Assembly (NCBI GenBank): GCA_963734535.1
Contig: CAVTHS010000011.1
Coordinates: forward strand, 71,807-135,806
DNA: 64,000 bases
Direction: 5' to 3'
From: an uncultured Chloroflexia bacterium
GTDB lineage: Bacteria; Chloroflexota; Limnocylindria; Limnocylindrales; CSP1-4
Part shown: one piece after another, positions 1 to 13,448 of the stretch
Layout: every line of letters starts with the position of its first letter
How positions within the stretch are numbered: the stretch's first letter is position 1
Position numbers and translations under genes: made by a program
The notes under the pieces: generated by a model
What the model was told of the DNA's origin: nothing
What the model saw: the letters and a program-made list of their open reading frames with translations, nothing else
The model's database searches: none

Positions 1-2645
<2,645 letters not shown>

Positions 2646-2911
2646 GGTGACTCCCGGGAGGTGCTCCCGTCGCTGGTACAGCATTTCGGGATCATCTTCC
2701 CGAAGCGACCGGGGCCCAATCACCCATCAGGGTAGTGGCCGGCGCGAAATGGGCGGTGCGCGGTGGCACCGATACGGAGGATTCCCAGTCGACTGGTGCG
2801 ACCGGGGTACCCGCGACCGGACCCACGTACCATTTATCCGAACGCTGCGACCGACGATGCTCGCCGGGACCGGGGATCGAGCCCAGACTCGCTTGGATCG
2901 GATAGGGAATC

Positions 2912-4321
2912 GTGGCGTTCCGAACTTCGCATCGCTCGCGCGGACGCATTGTGTTCGGCGTCTTCGCGGTCGTCACCCTTTGGCTGGCATCATTCGCCGG
3001 TCCCGCCGGTGCGAACGCGATGTCCATCGGGCCCGCGGGCACGCCGGTCGTGTCCGCAACCGATGCCGTGTCGAGTGTCGACATCACGCTGATGAAGTAC
3101 ACCTGCCCGACGTACAGCGACGTTCCAGCCAACAGGAACCCAGGAACGTCCGACGCGACGGGCGGGCATGACAGCCAGCTCGACGTCAGCTATCAGACGA
3201 GCCGCGTCGATCCGGCAACCGACGTGCCTTCCACGTGCCATCCGCAACCCGGCGCGCAATTCATCCTGACCGCTGGCTCGCCTGGCGTCGACATTGCCAC
3301 GTGGACCACGGGTGTCGATGGCTCGGTCGTCGCCACCCTGGCGGGCGCGACCGCGACCCTCGTCACGAACAGGAACTGGGACACGGGGGTCGTCGTGACC
3401 GAACGGGTCCAGACGGACCACGGCTTCGGCGCCCTTCGATGCTACAGAGACATCAACAACGGTGACAATCTCGAGGGCATCTTCGGTTGGAACGGCATCG
3501 ATCTGCTCTTCTGCATCGCATATGACGTCCCGACTGCCCCGAGCCCGTCGCCCAGCCCGAGCCCGTCGCCCAGCCCGAGCCCGTCGCCCAGCCCGAGCCC
3601 GTCGCCCAGCCCGAGCCCGTCGCCCAGCCCGAGCCCGTCGCCCAGCCCGAGCCCGTCGCCCAGCCCGAGCCCGTCGCCCAGCCCGAGCCCGTCGCCGCAG
3701 CCCGAGCCCGTCGCCCAGCCCGAGCCCGTCGCCCAGCCCGAGCCCGTCGCCCAGCCCGAGCCCGTCGCCCAGCCCGAGCCCGTCGCCCAGCCCGAGCCCG
3801 TCGCCCAGCCCGAGCCCGTCGCCCAGCCCGAGCCCGTCGCCCAGCCCGAGCCCGTCGCCCAGCCCGAGCCCGTCGCCCAGCCCGAGCCCGTCGCCCAGCC
3901 CGAGCCCGTCGCCCAGCCCGAGCCCGTCGCCCAGCCCGAGCCCGTCGCCCAGCCCGAGCCCGTCGCCCAGCCCGAGCCCGTCGCCCAGCCCGAGCCCGTC
4001 GCCCAGCCCGAGCCCGTCGCCCAGCCCGAGCCCGTCGCCCAGCCCGAGCCCGTCGCCCAGCCCGAGCCCGTCGCCCAGCCCGAGCCCGTCGCCCAGCCCG
4101 AGCCCGTCGCCCAGCCCGAGCCCGTCGCCCAGCCCGAGCCCGTCGCCCAGCCCGAGCCCGTCGCCCAGCCCGAGCGTCCCTGGCGCCGGCTCCGGAGGGG
4201 GCCCGAGCACCAATGGCTCCCCTGGTGCCGATCCTGCACTCGCGGACGGGGGCTCCGGGCTCGACTCCGGGCCCGGCCGAGCCACCCCGGGCAACCCCGG
4301 ACGGTCGGGCGCCGCCGCTGA
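2912..4321 (+). CDS. secreted repeat protein: signal peptide, ~170-aa Cys-containing globular domain, (SP)n then (QPEPVA)27; this is the open frame as assembled
   Basis: The signal-like N-terminus is [25 protein letters not shown]. The globular part contains 4 Cys (YTCPTY, STCHP, LRCYRD, LFCIAY). From 3537 the frame runs through the 18-bp tandem array. See the finding on the extra G at 3697. Confidence 0.6.
   Translation: MAFRTSHRSRGRIVFGVFAVVTLWLASFAGPAGANAMSIGPAGTPVVSATDAVSSVDITLMKYTCPTYSDVPANRNPGTSDATGGHDSQLDVSYQTSRVDPATDVPSTCHPQPGAQFILTAGSPGVDIATWTTGVDGSVVATLAGATATLVTNRNWDTGVVVTERVQTDHGFGALRCYRDINNGDNLEGIFGWNGIDLLFCIAYDVPTAPSPSPSPSPSPSPSPSPSPSPSPSPSPSPSPSPSPSPSPSPSPSPSPSPSPSPQPEPVAQPEPVAQPEPVAQPEPVAQPEPVAQPEPVAQPEPVAQPEPVAQPEPVAQPEPVAQPEPVAQPEPVAQPEPVAQPEPVAQPEPVAQPEPVAQPEPVAQPEPVAQPEPVAQPEPVAQPEPVAQPEPVAQPEPVAQPEPVAQPEPVAQPEPVAQPERPWRRLRRGPEHQWLPWCRSCTRGRGLRARLRARPSHPGQPRTVGRRR
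3537..4174. repeat. tandem repeat, 18-bp unit GAGCCCGTCGCCCAGCCC x ~35, essentially perfect
   Basis: Read directly from the sequence. The only deviation found is GTCGCCGCAGCCC at 3691-3703, an extra G near 3697. All six reading frames are open across the array. Confidence 0.97.
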
Positions 4322-5114
4322 CGCCTCAGCGCCGCTATCGGGCGCACCAGAATCCCGGGCTCCCGCGAGAGGCGGTGCGGTACCGGGCGACCCGATCGGC
4401 TCTGCCGTCAGCGACGCGCGCGCAAACGGCACGGGCGACGACTCGCTCGCCGCGTTGATGGCTGGCATCCCGAGCCCCTTCGGGCATGATCCCTCTGGCA
4501 AGCTGCCGCGGCTCGCGACGCTCGCGACGCTCCTGTCCACGACGACCACCCTCGCGCTCGCCTTCCTGCTCTTCGGCAAGAAGCGCCGCGACGAGGCTCC
4601 GACCGAGTCGGACGCGGACCTCGCTGCTGCGGCGGCCTCTCCCTATGCCATGCTGGGATCCCAGCTCGCCCCGGCGTATGCGGGGGTGGACCCGGGGACG
4701 GGCGGAACGGACGTCAACCTGCCGCGCTGGCGTCGCCCATCGCTGCTTGCTGCGAGAATGTCGGATCCCGTCCGCAACGGTGTCGAGCACGTCAACCTGA
4801 CGTTCGGCTTCCAGGGAGGGGCGACGGCCTGTGGCGAGCGCCAGGTCGTCCGATACCGGCTGGTTCGCCTCCTCGACCGTCCCGACGAGATGCTTGGCCA
4901 GGCCGTGGACTCGCTGGACGAAGGGGACGAGGTGGAGATCCTCGAACAACGCGGCACATACCGCCGCGTGGCGACGCCCGACGGGCGCCAGGGATGGCTC
5001 CACCGGATGACCCTCGGCGAGACGGTGAGCGATGCACCGCCGCCAACAAGCGAATCGGACGATCCTGCTGACGACGTTCTGTCGGCCTACCTGGCGGCGC
5101 GGGCGCGGGCCTGA
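4175..5114 (+). CDS. C-terminal segment (frame 0) of the repeat protein: Gly/Pro-rich spacer, TM anchor, cytoplasmic SH3-like domain; no independent start apparent
   Basis: The frame of ORF 3462..5114 reads (SP)n through the array. It then gives [31 protein letters not shown] (a TM helix plus positive stop-transfer) and [57 protein letters not shown] (bacterial SH3-like). The SP reading is continuous with ORF 2912 if one base at 3697 is removed. Confidence 0.55.
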
Positions 5115-5191
5115 CGTCACGCGCCGTTGCAGCGCTCGTCGACGGCTGCCCCGTACCCTCGAACGCCGCCGCCGATCCCTAGAATGCCGCG

Positions 5192-8100
5192 ATGGGGAAG
5201 GAGCAGGTGCCCGCACGGTTCATCGGGCGGCTGCGCGAGCTGGACCAGCTCGACGCGGCCGTCACGGGTGTGGCCGACGGACGCGGCGGCACGATCCTGT
5301 TGGCCGGCTCGAGCGGGATGGGCGCGAGCCGGCTGTTGGACGAGCTCGAGTCACGCATCGTCGCGACGCCCCGAAGGCCGATCACCCTCCTTCGCAGCGA
5401 CCGGCTGCCGGCCTGGCGCGGTGCGCCGTACCGGCCCGTTCGGTATCGCCATCGAGGGACACCTGCGCACGCTTTCCCCATCGCGGGTCGCCGCGCTCGT
5501 CGGGCCCGCCGCCGAGCTCCTGGGCCCGCTGTTCCAGGGCGTCCTCTGGGCGCCGGTGGTCGATCCCGCACGGCCGGCTGGCCCGGAGCGGCGAACAGAG
5601 CGGACGCTCGAGGCGCTGCGTGGCCTCCTCGGCCGCCTTGCCGCCGACCGCCCGGTCGTCCTGTTCCTCGAGGACCTGCACGAGATCGATGCCGCGACGC
5701 GCGACCTCGTGGCGTTCCTTGCCCGAACCGCGGGGCACCTCCCGCTCCTGCTCGTCGGGACGTACCAACCCGACGCCCTGACTCGCACGCATCCGTTCCG
5801 GGCCACCCTGGAGGCGATCGAGAAGCGGGCCGAGCGGCGTCGGTCGAATCGACCTTGGCCCGTTGAGCCAGCCCGACATCGGGGCGCTCATCGAGGTCCA
5901 CGAGGGCGAGCGACCCTCCGCGCCGCTCCTGCTGCTCGTCACCGAGCGGTCGCGGGGGAACCCGCTGGTCGTCGAGGAGGTGCTCGACGCCCGACGGGAG
6001 CTGACCGGCGCGTCGCTCACAGCCCCGCTCGCGCAGCTCATCCTCGGCCGCGTTGGGCACCGGTCCGCCGACTGCCGCGGCGTCCTGCGCGCCCTCGCCC
6101 TCGCGGAGGGCCCGCTTGCGCTCGACGAGCTCGCCACGGTGGCTGCCGCGTACCGAGGGCCAGGGCCTGGCCCCGCGTCGTCCTCCGGACCGCGTTCGGG
6201 CGTGGCACGCGCATGCTCGACGGCGATCTTGCCGCCGGGCTCCAGGAGGCGCTTCGCGAGAGCGGTTCGCGGTGTCGGCTGACGCGGCCGCGAGATGGGT
6301 CCGCGGCGGCAGACGTACGGGATCCGTGCGCCATCGAGCAGGTCGCGGCCGCCCTGGCCGCGGACCTGCTTCCGGACGAGCGCCGGCGTATGCATGCCGC
6401 GCGTCGCCACCGCGCTCGACAGCCACCCGTCGGAGGCCGCGCGCCACTGGCTGCGAGCCTACGAGCCCGCGCGTGCGCGGGCGGCGGCGCTCCGGGCGGC
6501 CGCGGCCGAGGAGACTGCCGGCGCCGGTGCGGACGCCCTCGCGCACCTGGAGCTCGCGATCGAGCTGGCCGTCCCGGCGACGCCGGGACCTGATCAGTCC
6601 GCCGCCGCCATCCGGACGTCGCGCTTCTTCGCCGGGCAGCCGAGGCTGCGCTCGTCGCGGGCGACCCGGGCCGCGCAGCCGCGTTCGCGGAATCGGCCCT
6701 GGCTCCCGGGATCCCGTCCGGCGACCGCGTAGTCGGCTGCGGCGGCCTGGGACCGCCTCGGCGTCTTCCGCTGGGAGAGCGGCGACCGCGAGGGCGCGCT
6801 CGCTGCGCACGACCGCGCCCTCGAGATGCTGCCGCGGACGGAGACGCTGGAGCGCGCGCGGGTTCTGGCGACCGTGGCCCAGATCCGGATGCTGGAGGGT
6901 TCGTTCAGCGAGGCCGAGCACCTGGCGCGGAGGCGATTCGCGCTCGCCGAATCCAGCGGGCCCGGGCGGCGAGGCCTGGCTCGGGCACGCGCTCTGCACG
7001 TTGGGCGTCGTGGACGGCTGGCTGGGTCGGCCGGAGTCCGCCGGTCGCGCGCCTGGAGCGGGCACTTGCGATCGCCGTCCGCCTCGACCGGCTCGACGAC
7101 GCGTTCCGGGCGCGCGCCAACCTCGCCACGATCCTGGACCTCGAGGGCGCCGCGAGGAGGCGGTGCGAGTCTCGGAAGCGGGGATCGCTGCTGCGGAGGC
7201 GGCCGGCCTGGAGGCCGTGCACGGCAACCGCCTGCGGGGCGGCGCCGTCGATTCGCTCTTCCCGCTCGGGCGCTGGCGGAGGCGCGCGCGCTCGTCGAGG
7301 CATGCCCTCGCGTGGGCGCCGGCAGGGATCGCATTCGTGCATGCCGCGGTCGGGTTCATCACCGTGGAGACCGAGCTCTCCGCCGGGGAGGAGGCCAGCC
7401 GGACGCTTGGCCGCCTGCTCGTGGAGCTGGAGCTCATCGCGGACACGCAGTACGCCGTCCCCACCTACCAGGCCGCGGCCTCGCTTGCGCTCTGGCGGGG
7501 CGACCCCGCGGATGCCCGCCGGGTGGCCGATGCCGCGTGGGATCGCGTCCGGACCACGGAGGACTGGGCGCTCGCGGCGCCCGCCGGCCGGCACCGCTGC
7601 TCGCGGTGGCCGCCGACGTGGCGGAGGCCGCGCGCGACCGACGCGACCTCGCGACGCTGGCCGCGATCCGCGCCCGGGCGGAGGCCGTCCTCGGCGAGGC
7701 GCAGCGGATGGTGGAGGCGTCCGGGGTTGCGGCGCGACGTCTTCGCGCGCCGCGAGGTGGACGCCGAGCTCGCGACCGCCCGGGCGCACCTCCTGCGGGT
7801 GATCGGGCGCGACGATCCGGCGGCCTGGTCCGCCGTCGCGGAGCGTGTGGGTCACGCTCCGTCGCCCGTACGACACCGCCCGTGCCCGCCGTCGGCAGGC
7901 GGCGGCGATCCTCGCCGCGGGGGCGCCGACGGGCGAGCGACGCGGGCGGCGCGACGAGGCGCGCGAGCCGCTGCTGGAGGCCGCGCCGGATCGCGGCAGG
8001 CCTCCCGGCCCTGCCGCTCCTGCAGGCCGTCGCGGACCTCGCCGGACGCGCCCGGATCGTCCTGCCTGCGGCCGCGCTCGAGATCCTCGCGGCTCCCAGC

Positions 8101-8470
8101 CCGGCCGGACCCGGAGTCCGCCGCGAGGCTCGCCCCGGCGGACGCCCGTCACGGCCGCGCCCGGACTGGAGCGCGCTCCGCGGCGGAGCGGCGGACCGCG
8201 GAGACGTTCGGCCTGAGCGCCCGCGAGCGAGGCGTGCTGGCCGAGGTCGTGGCCGGCCGGACGAACCGCGAGATCGGCGAGCGCCTCTACATCAGCGAGA
8301 AGACGGTCGGCGTCCACGTCGGGAACATCCTCGCCAAGCTCGGGGTCTCCGGCCGGGTCGAGGCGGCGACGGTCGCGCTTCGGCTGGGGCTCGTGGATGA
8401 TCTGGCGGCGGACGCGAAGAGACCCGGACCGACGGGTCCGGGTCTCGTTCGGCGAGGCCGGGGCGCCTGA
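5192..8470 (+). pseudogene. large ATP-dependent LuxR-family regulator (LAL/MalT-like: AAA/P-loop, TPR-like helical repeats, C-terminal LuxR HTH), many +1 frame changes as assembled
   Basis: The N-terminus is FIGRLRELDQLDAAVTGVADGRGGTILLAGSSGMGASRLLDEL (P-loop). A Walker-B-like segment follows: RPVVLFLEDLHEIDAATRDLVAFLAR ... LLLVGTYQPD. Next come SRGNPLVVEEVLDA and helical-repeat segments spread over all three plus frames. The C-terminus is LSARERGVLAEVVAGRTNREIGERLYISEKTVGVHVGNILAKLGVSGRVEAA (LuxR/GerE HTH), ending at 8470. The frame order is 2 to 0 to 1 to 2 and so on. Confidence 0.8.
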
Positions 8471-9029
8471 TCGGTCGGCGGGGAGGGCACCGCGTCCCGG
8501 GCGTCCCCGAAGGGAGGGCCTACCAGCGCTTCGCGAGCAGTCGGGGCGACGAACGCGGCGAACAGGGAGAGCGTGACGGCAATTCCGAAGAGGCGGGACT
8601 TCAGCGACTGCTTCACGTGGGCACTCCTGCCTGGCGCGATCACGATGAACGGCGCGGATGAGAGCGGTGCGGCCCTCTCGCGCCTCTCGAGGGTCGCCGG
8701 TGTTGGCGCGTGCATGGAACGTATCCGGCGGCAGATCCGCCAGGCGGCTATGGGACGTTCGTACCCGGCGGTCCCGGGTGACCCGGTACTTCGGTCCCGC
8801 TTCGGTGCGCTGACGCACCAGTCACGGCCCGATCGACGGTCAGCGGCGCGTTGGGCGCGGTGGCGCTACCCTTTCGTCGGCCCGGGGCCTGATCCGAACG
8901 CGGGGGGATCCGCGGCCGCGCAGGGCCAGGCCGGGCGTCACCCGTGTCGCTCGATCGCGACCGTCCCAGACCCGGCCCGATGTCATCGCCACGAGCCGAA
9001 TCGTGCACACCGGAGGAAGCAGCACGCCC

Positions 9030-9557
9030 ATGCGCACCCGCCACGCAGCCGCCCTGACGGCCATCCTCGCGACGGTCCTCGCCGCGTGCTCGTCGGGCGC
9101 CCAGCCCGGGTGGACGTTCGCCCCGACGCCGCCGCCAAGCCCGGCGGCAAGCGGCACGGCGTCGGCCGCCCCGAGCGCGGGAGCGAGCGGCGCCCCGGCC
9201 GGGAGCGGCGCCCCGAGCGCGGCACCCGCGGGCAGCCCGGCAGGCTCGCCCGCAGCGTCGGGCGGCGCGACCGGGGCCGTCCTCGAGATCACGGCGTCGG
9301 GGTCGCGTTCGACAAGACCGACCTGACCGCCCCGGCCGGGGTCGCCTTCCAGATCAAGTTCACCAACAACGACGCGGGGATCCCCCACAACGTCGCGATC
9401 CACAAGGGCTCGCCGACGGGCGAGATCGTCTGGCAGGGCGAGATCTTCAGCGGGGTCGACACGCCGGACCTACGACGTCCCGGCGCTTCCCGCGGGGACC
9501 TACGGCTTCTCGTGCGTGGTCCACCCCAACATGACGGGGACCCTCACGGTCAAGTAG
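9030..9557 (+). pseudogene. cupredoxin (plastocyanin/amicyanin-like) lipoprotein, two frame changes as assembled
   Basis: The lipobox signal is MRTRHAAALTAILATVLAACSSG, followed by an Ala/Pro/Ser linker. The middle segment GVAFDKTDLTAPAGVAFQIKFTNNDAGIPHNVAIHKGSPTGEIVWQGEIFSG is in another frame. The original frame resumes with TYDVPALPAGTYGFSCVVHPNMTGTLTVK and a stop at 9555-9557. The type-1 copper ligand pattern H ... C..H....M is present. Confidence 0.75.
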
Positions 9558-9628
9558 CCGGGAGCGGCCGCCGGGCGGGAGATCCCGCGGTCGCATGCAG
9601 GGAGGCAGCGGCGGCGTACCGTACGCCC

Positions 9629-10397
9629 ATGAGCGACAACGTCTGCTACGTGGACGCGTACGTGCGGAGCGTCGAGGCGCGGCTGCGCGCCGTCGAGCCG
9701 CCCGCGGCGGAGGGCCGCGGAGCGATGGTGCTCCTGGACCGGACCGTCTTCTATCCCGGCGGCGGAGGCCAGCCGGCCGATCGCGGCGTGCTGCGGACGC
9801 CGGACGGGTCTCGAGTGGACCGTCGTGGCCGCGCGCAAGCAGGGCGACGAGATCTGGCACGAGCTGGAGCCCGGCCGGAGCCACCGGCACCCGGGCGGCC
9901 CGGGGGCTTCGGGCGGGACCGCGATCTTCACCGCCGACCTCGACTGGGAGCGCCGGCTCCGCCTGATGCGGACCCACACCGCGCTGCATGCGCTCTGCGG
10001 CGTGGTCTGGCGCGACTACGGGGCGCTCGTGACGGGCGGGAACATGGAGCCCGGCAGCGGTCGCATGGACTTCGAGTTCGAGCGGATGTCCGGCGAGCTC
10101 GTCGGCGCCATCGAGACCGCGGTCAACGAGGAGCTCCTCCGCGACCGGGACGTTCGGGTCAACGTGCTCCCGCGCGAGGAGGCCTTCGCGATCCCCGACC
10201 TGATCCGGACGAAGGTCAACCTCCTGCCGGCCGGGATCGAGCAGATCCGGACGATCGAGATCGTGGGTCTCGACCTCCAGGCGGACGGCGGAACGCACGT
10301 CGCGAACACCCGCGAGGTTGGCACGATCCACGTCACCGGCTACGAGTCGAAGGGGCGCATCAACAAGCGGATCCGGATGGAGCTCGTCGACCCGTAG
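9629..10397 (+). pseudogene. AlaX-like alanyl-tRNA editing protein (Thr/Ala-tRNA synthetase second additional domain), one +1 frame change near 9808
   Basis: The first segment MSDNVCYVDAYVRSVEARL ... VLLDRTVFYPGGGGQPADRGVLRTPDG is in frame 2. Frame 0 continues with LEWTVVAARKQGDEIWHEL ... RLMRTHTALHALCGVVW ... NMEPGSGRMDFEF ... IVGLDLQADGGTHVANTREVG. The HxxxH motif is present. The usual CxxxH reads ADGGTH here. Confidence 0.75.
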
Positions 10398-11105
10398 GTC
10401 GCAGCGGGCGCAACGTTCGGTCGCGGCTTGTCGTGGTCGGTCGAGACTGAGGATGGGTCTCCTGGCGACTTACGGATGCCTGAGGGCCCAATCGGCCGGC
10501 TCAGAGGTCCGATCGGATCGCCGGAGGGCGGTCGGTTTGCGAGGTGCATTCGGTCGTTTAGTATGCGCATGCCCGCATGAGACAGGGCCGCAGCGCCCGT
10601 CGGCCGACCACTTCGTCGCGACCGGTCCACCGGTTCTCCGGCCCGCTGCGCCACCGCCGCCTGGCGTCCGGGGGCGATCCCCCAGTCGTGGCGAACGCTC
10701 TCGGATCCGCCGACGAGCGCCTGCCGTGCCAGTCGCGTGCAGTCCCTGCCCGTGGCTCTGTTCCCCGCACGCTGCCCCGGCTATCGCGCGTCGTCCGCAA
10801 GGGGGGACCTGGGCGACGGAAAGGGGGGGACAATGGCTGCACCGGACAGTCCCGTCCGCGCGTCGGCGCCGACCGGCCGCGCGGACGACCAGGCTCGGAA
10901 CAGGACGCCGCTCGTCGCTCCCTGGGCACGATGGGCTGTCAGCATGGTCCTGGGCGCCCTTCGGAGCTCAGTCTCGGCCTGGCCCCGCGCAGCTCCGCCC
11001 AGGGAATCCGCCGGGCGGCGATCGGGGAGCCGGTCAAGGACGGCCACGCCGGCAGCGGGTCGAGCACGGCACCGGGGGCCTCGGTCGCCACGTCGACACA
11101 CACGG

Positions 11106-12497
11106 ATGACGGCGCCGACCCGCCGCGCGGATCCATCGGTGAGGGTCGCCGACTCATACGCCGTCGGTGCCCTGATTCCCGACCACGGGGCGCGGCGACT
11201 GCCGCGAACGCTCTGGCTGCTGATCTACGGGATCGCCCTCGCCGGTCCGTTCGTGCTCATCGCGGCGCGCGACCACTCGGCGCCGCGCCCGTTCATGTAT
11301 GAGCTCGGTTCCGCGCTTGGCATCGCGGCCTTGAGCCTGCTCGCGCTCCAGCTCGTCCTGCCTGCCCGGTTGCCAGTGCTGGCCGAGATCGGAGCCGAAG
11401 TCGCGGTCCGGCTTCATCGCCGGCTTGCCGACATCATGCTCGCGACCGTGGCGGCCCACGTCGCGGCGGTGATGGTCGCCGAACCGTCCAGGCTGGGCCT
11501 GTTCGCGTTCTTCGGAGCACCCTGGCGCGCCCAGGCGGCGATCGGGAGCGTGGTCGCGCTCATCGTGCTCATCGCCACCTCGATCGCTCGGCGACGTGTC
11601 CACCTCTCGTACATGCGCTGGCGCATGATCCATCTCTCGCTCGGTGCCGTGGCCCTCGTGCTTGCGGTTGTCCACACGATCGGTGTGGGCCGGTACCTGG
11701 CGACCGGTCCTGCCGAACTGGCGCTCGTCGCCCTGACCGCGGCAGGCCTGGGTGCGCTCGTGGTCATGCGCAGCCGGCTCTTCCGGCGCGGCTCGCTCCA
11801 GCCCTACGTCGTCGAGCGGGTGATCCCCGAACGCGGCGGTGCCATCACGGTCGAGCTTCGGGCCGATGGACACACCGGCCAACGGTTCATCCCGGGCCAG
11901 TTTGCGTGGCTGAAGCTGCCAGACCTCAAGGCCAGCCTGACCGAGCACCCCTTCTCATATGCGTCGAGCGCCGAAGCGCCCGGACGACCCAGCTTCACGA
12001 TGAAGACGATCGCCGGATTCACGGACCGCGCGGCAGGTTTCGAGCCGGGCACGCGGCTGCTCGTGGACGGTCCCCACGGGGCCTTCCGGCCCAGATCCTC
12101 TTCGACGGGGACGCTGCTCATCGCCGGCGGGATCGGGATCACACCGTCGATGAGCATCCTGCGCACGGCAGCGGATCGGAGCGACCGCAGGCCCTATCTG
12201 CTCCTGTACGCAAGCCGCAATTTCGAAGGGATCACGTTCGCAGACGAGCTTGAAGCGTTGAGGGCCCGGATGAACCTGACCGTGGTCAACGTGCTCTCTG
12301 CGCCGCCGCCCGACTGGCCCGGAGAGCGCGGGCGGATCAACGCCGGCGTGTTGGACCGCCATCTGCCCGGCGACATCCGCCACTGGCAGTTCCTCGTGTG
12401 CGGATCCGGTCCGTTCGTCGACGGTGCCGTGGAGGCGCTCGTGGCAGTAGGCGTGCCCGGTGAACGGGTCCATGCTGAACGATTCGTGGAGGTATGA
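11106..12497 (+). CDS. ferric-reductase-like transmembrane flavocytochrome (FRE/NOX family: 6-TM heme domain plus FAD/NAD(P)-binding domain)
   Basis: The TM region has paired His residues (HRRLADIMLATVAAHVAAV; IHLSLGAVALVLAVVHTIG). The FAD motif is HPFSYASS and the NAD motif is LLIAGGIGITPSMS ... LVCGSGPF. The ATG at 11106 is in frame with ORF 10737..12497. The upstream part of that ORF is Arg/Pro-rich and looks non-coding. Confidence 0.8.
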   Translation: MTAPTRRADPSVRVADSYAVGALIPDHGARRLPRTLWLLIYGIALAGPFVLIAARDHSAPRPFMYELGSALGIAALSLLALQLVLPARLPVLAEIGAEVAVRLHRRLADIMLATVAAHVAAVMVAEPSRLGLFAFFGAPWRAQAAIGSVVALIVLIATSIARRRVHLSYMRWRMIHLSLGAVALVLAVVHTIGVGRYLATGPAELALVALTAAGLGALVVMRSRLFRRGSLQPYVVERVIPERGGAITVELRADGHTGQRFIPGQFAWLKLPDLKASLTEHPFSYASSAEAPGRPSFTMKTIAGFTDRAAGFEPGTRLLVDGPHGAFRPRSSSTGTLLIAGGIGITPSMSILRTAADRSDRRPYLLLYASRNFEGITFADELEALRARMNLTVVNVLSAPPPDWPGERGRINAGVLDRHLPGDIRHWQFLVCGSGPFVDGAVEALVAVGVPGERVHAERFVEV

Positions 12498-12498
12498 C

Positions 12499-12594
12499 AT
12501 GAAGGGTGACGAGACCCGCTGGATGGCGGGCGCGATCGAGTTCATCGCGCTCCTCTGTGTGCTGGCGTTCGCGTTCTCGCGATCGCTCGGCTGA
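12499..12594 (+). CDS. 31-aa single-TM mini-protein translationally coupled to the ferric-reductase-like gene (tentative)
   Basis: The ATG lies 2 nt after the upstream TGA, and GGAGG is 7 nt upstream. The product is MKGDETRWMAGAIEFIALLCVLAFAFSRSLG, with one hydrophobic helix. Confidence 0.35.
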   Translation: MKGDETRWMAGAIEFIALLCVLAFAFSRSLG

Positions 12595-12629
12595 CGCACC
12601 GGCCCCAGAGGACACACGAGGTACGATCC

Positions 12630-13448
12630 GTGAACCGACTGCTTCCCGCCCCATCCAGGCTCACGCGCTCGCGCGCGATTCTCTCGACCATGCCGCACGG
12701 GCTCCCGACTGCCATGACCTTCGCGCTCGGCATCGGGGTCGCTGCGCTGAGCTCTGCGATCCTGCTTCACGCCACGATCCTCACCCCTCCCGCTCGACCG
12801 GACGGCGGGTTCGGGACCGGGACAGGCGACTCCGCTCGGGCCGTGGTGCTGGGGTCGCCGGCGGAAGACTCCCCGCGTCGTGCGCCTTCGAACGGCGGCT
12901 CCGAAACGGTGGCGTTCCACCCTTCGCCCGCCGCTGCCGGCCGGGCGCCGGCTCATGCCGCAATCCAGACTACCGTAGCTCGCGCAGGCAGCACCGGGTC
13001 GAGGGGCGGGGTGGCCGGAACACCCGATCCAGGTCCCACCGCGGCGGCGAGCGTCGCCCAGGCACTCCCTGTCGCCCAGGCACTCCCTCCGGCCATTCTC
13101 GACCCGTCGCCGGCACCGACGCCTGCGCCCAACCCCGCGGTCGCACCTCTGCCGAGAGCGACCCCGACCGACGAACACGACGCGTCTGGCTGGTCGCCGA
13201 CACCGCGGCCCCGCAGCTGGCCAACGCCGACGCCCACGCGGACGCCAACCCCGACGCCCACTCGGACGCCAACCCCGACGCCAACGCCAACGCCCACTCG
13301 GACGCCAACCCCGACGCCAACGCCAACGCCCACGAGGACGCCAACCCCGACGCCCATCCCAAGCCCGACCCCGAGCCCGGGCCGGACGCAGCCCCCGGAG
13401 ACCCCGGAGCCAACGCAGACGCCCTGGCCGACGCCCCGCGAACCCTGA
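12630..13448 (+). CDS. membrane-anchored Pro/Thr-repeat protein, function unknown
   Basis: The TM segment is TAMTFALGIGVAALSSAILLHATIL. The C-terminal third is (TPTPTR)n-like: PTPTPTRTPTPTPTRTPTPTPTPTPTRTPTPTPTPTPTRTPTPTPIPSPTPSP. The start is uncertain (GTG 12630 or an internal ATG). Confidence 0.4.
   Translation: MNRLLPAPSRLTRSRAILSTMPHGLPTAMTFALGIGVAALSSAILLHATILTPPARPDGGFGTGTGDSARAVVLGSPAEDSPRRAPSNGGSETVAFHPSPAAAGRAPAHAAIQTTVARAGSTGSRGGVAGTPDPGPTAAASVAQALPVAQALPPAILDPSPAPTPAPNPAVAPLPRATPTDEHDASGWSPTPRPRSWPTPTPTRTPTPTPTRTPTPTPTPTPTRTPTPTPTPTPTRTPTPTPIPSPTPSPGRTQPPETPEPTQTPWPTPREP

Noticed and set aside
3537-4174. Possible CRISPR array, because of the regular short repeats.
   Set aside because: The units are contiguous with no spacers, the period is 18 bp, the array lies inside a coding frame, and no cas genes are nearby.
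8287-8715. A minus-strand ORF. A GTG at 8616 with a good AGGAG upstream encodes a signal/TM-like start, VKQSLKSRLFGIAVTLSLFAAFVAP.
   Set aside because: The frame stays open only by running about 180 nt antisense through the well-conserved LuxR HTH region (stop at 8287). A short secreted peptide is possible, but I cannot define its end, so I did not list it as a feature.
10398-11105. A cobalamin or other known riboswitch, RNase P RNA, or tmRNA in the long gap.
   Set aside because: There is a weak resemblance (GGGAATCCG ... GAGCCGGTCAAGGAC). There is no B12 box, no GGAAAGTCCGG-type RNase P core and no tRNA-like end.
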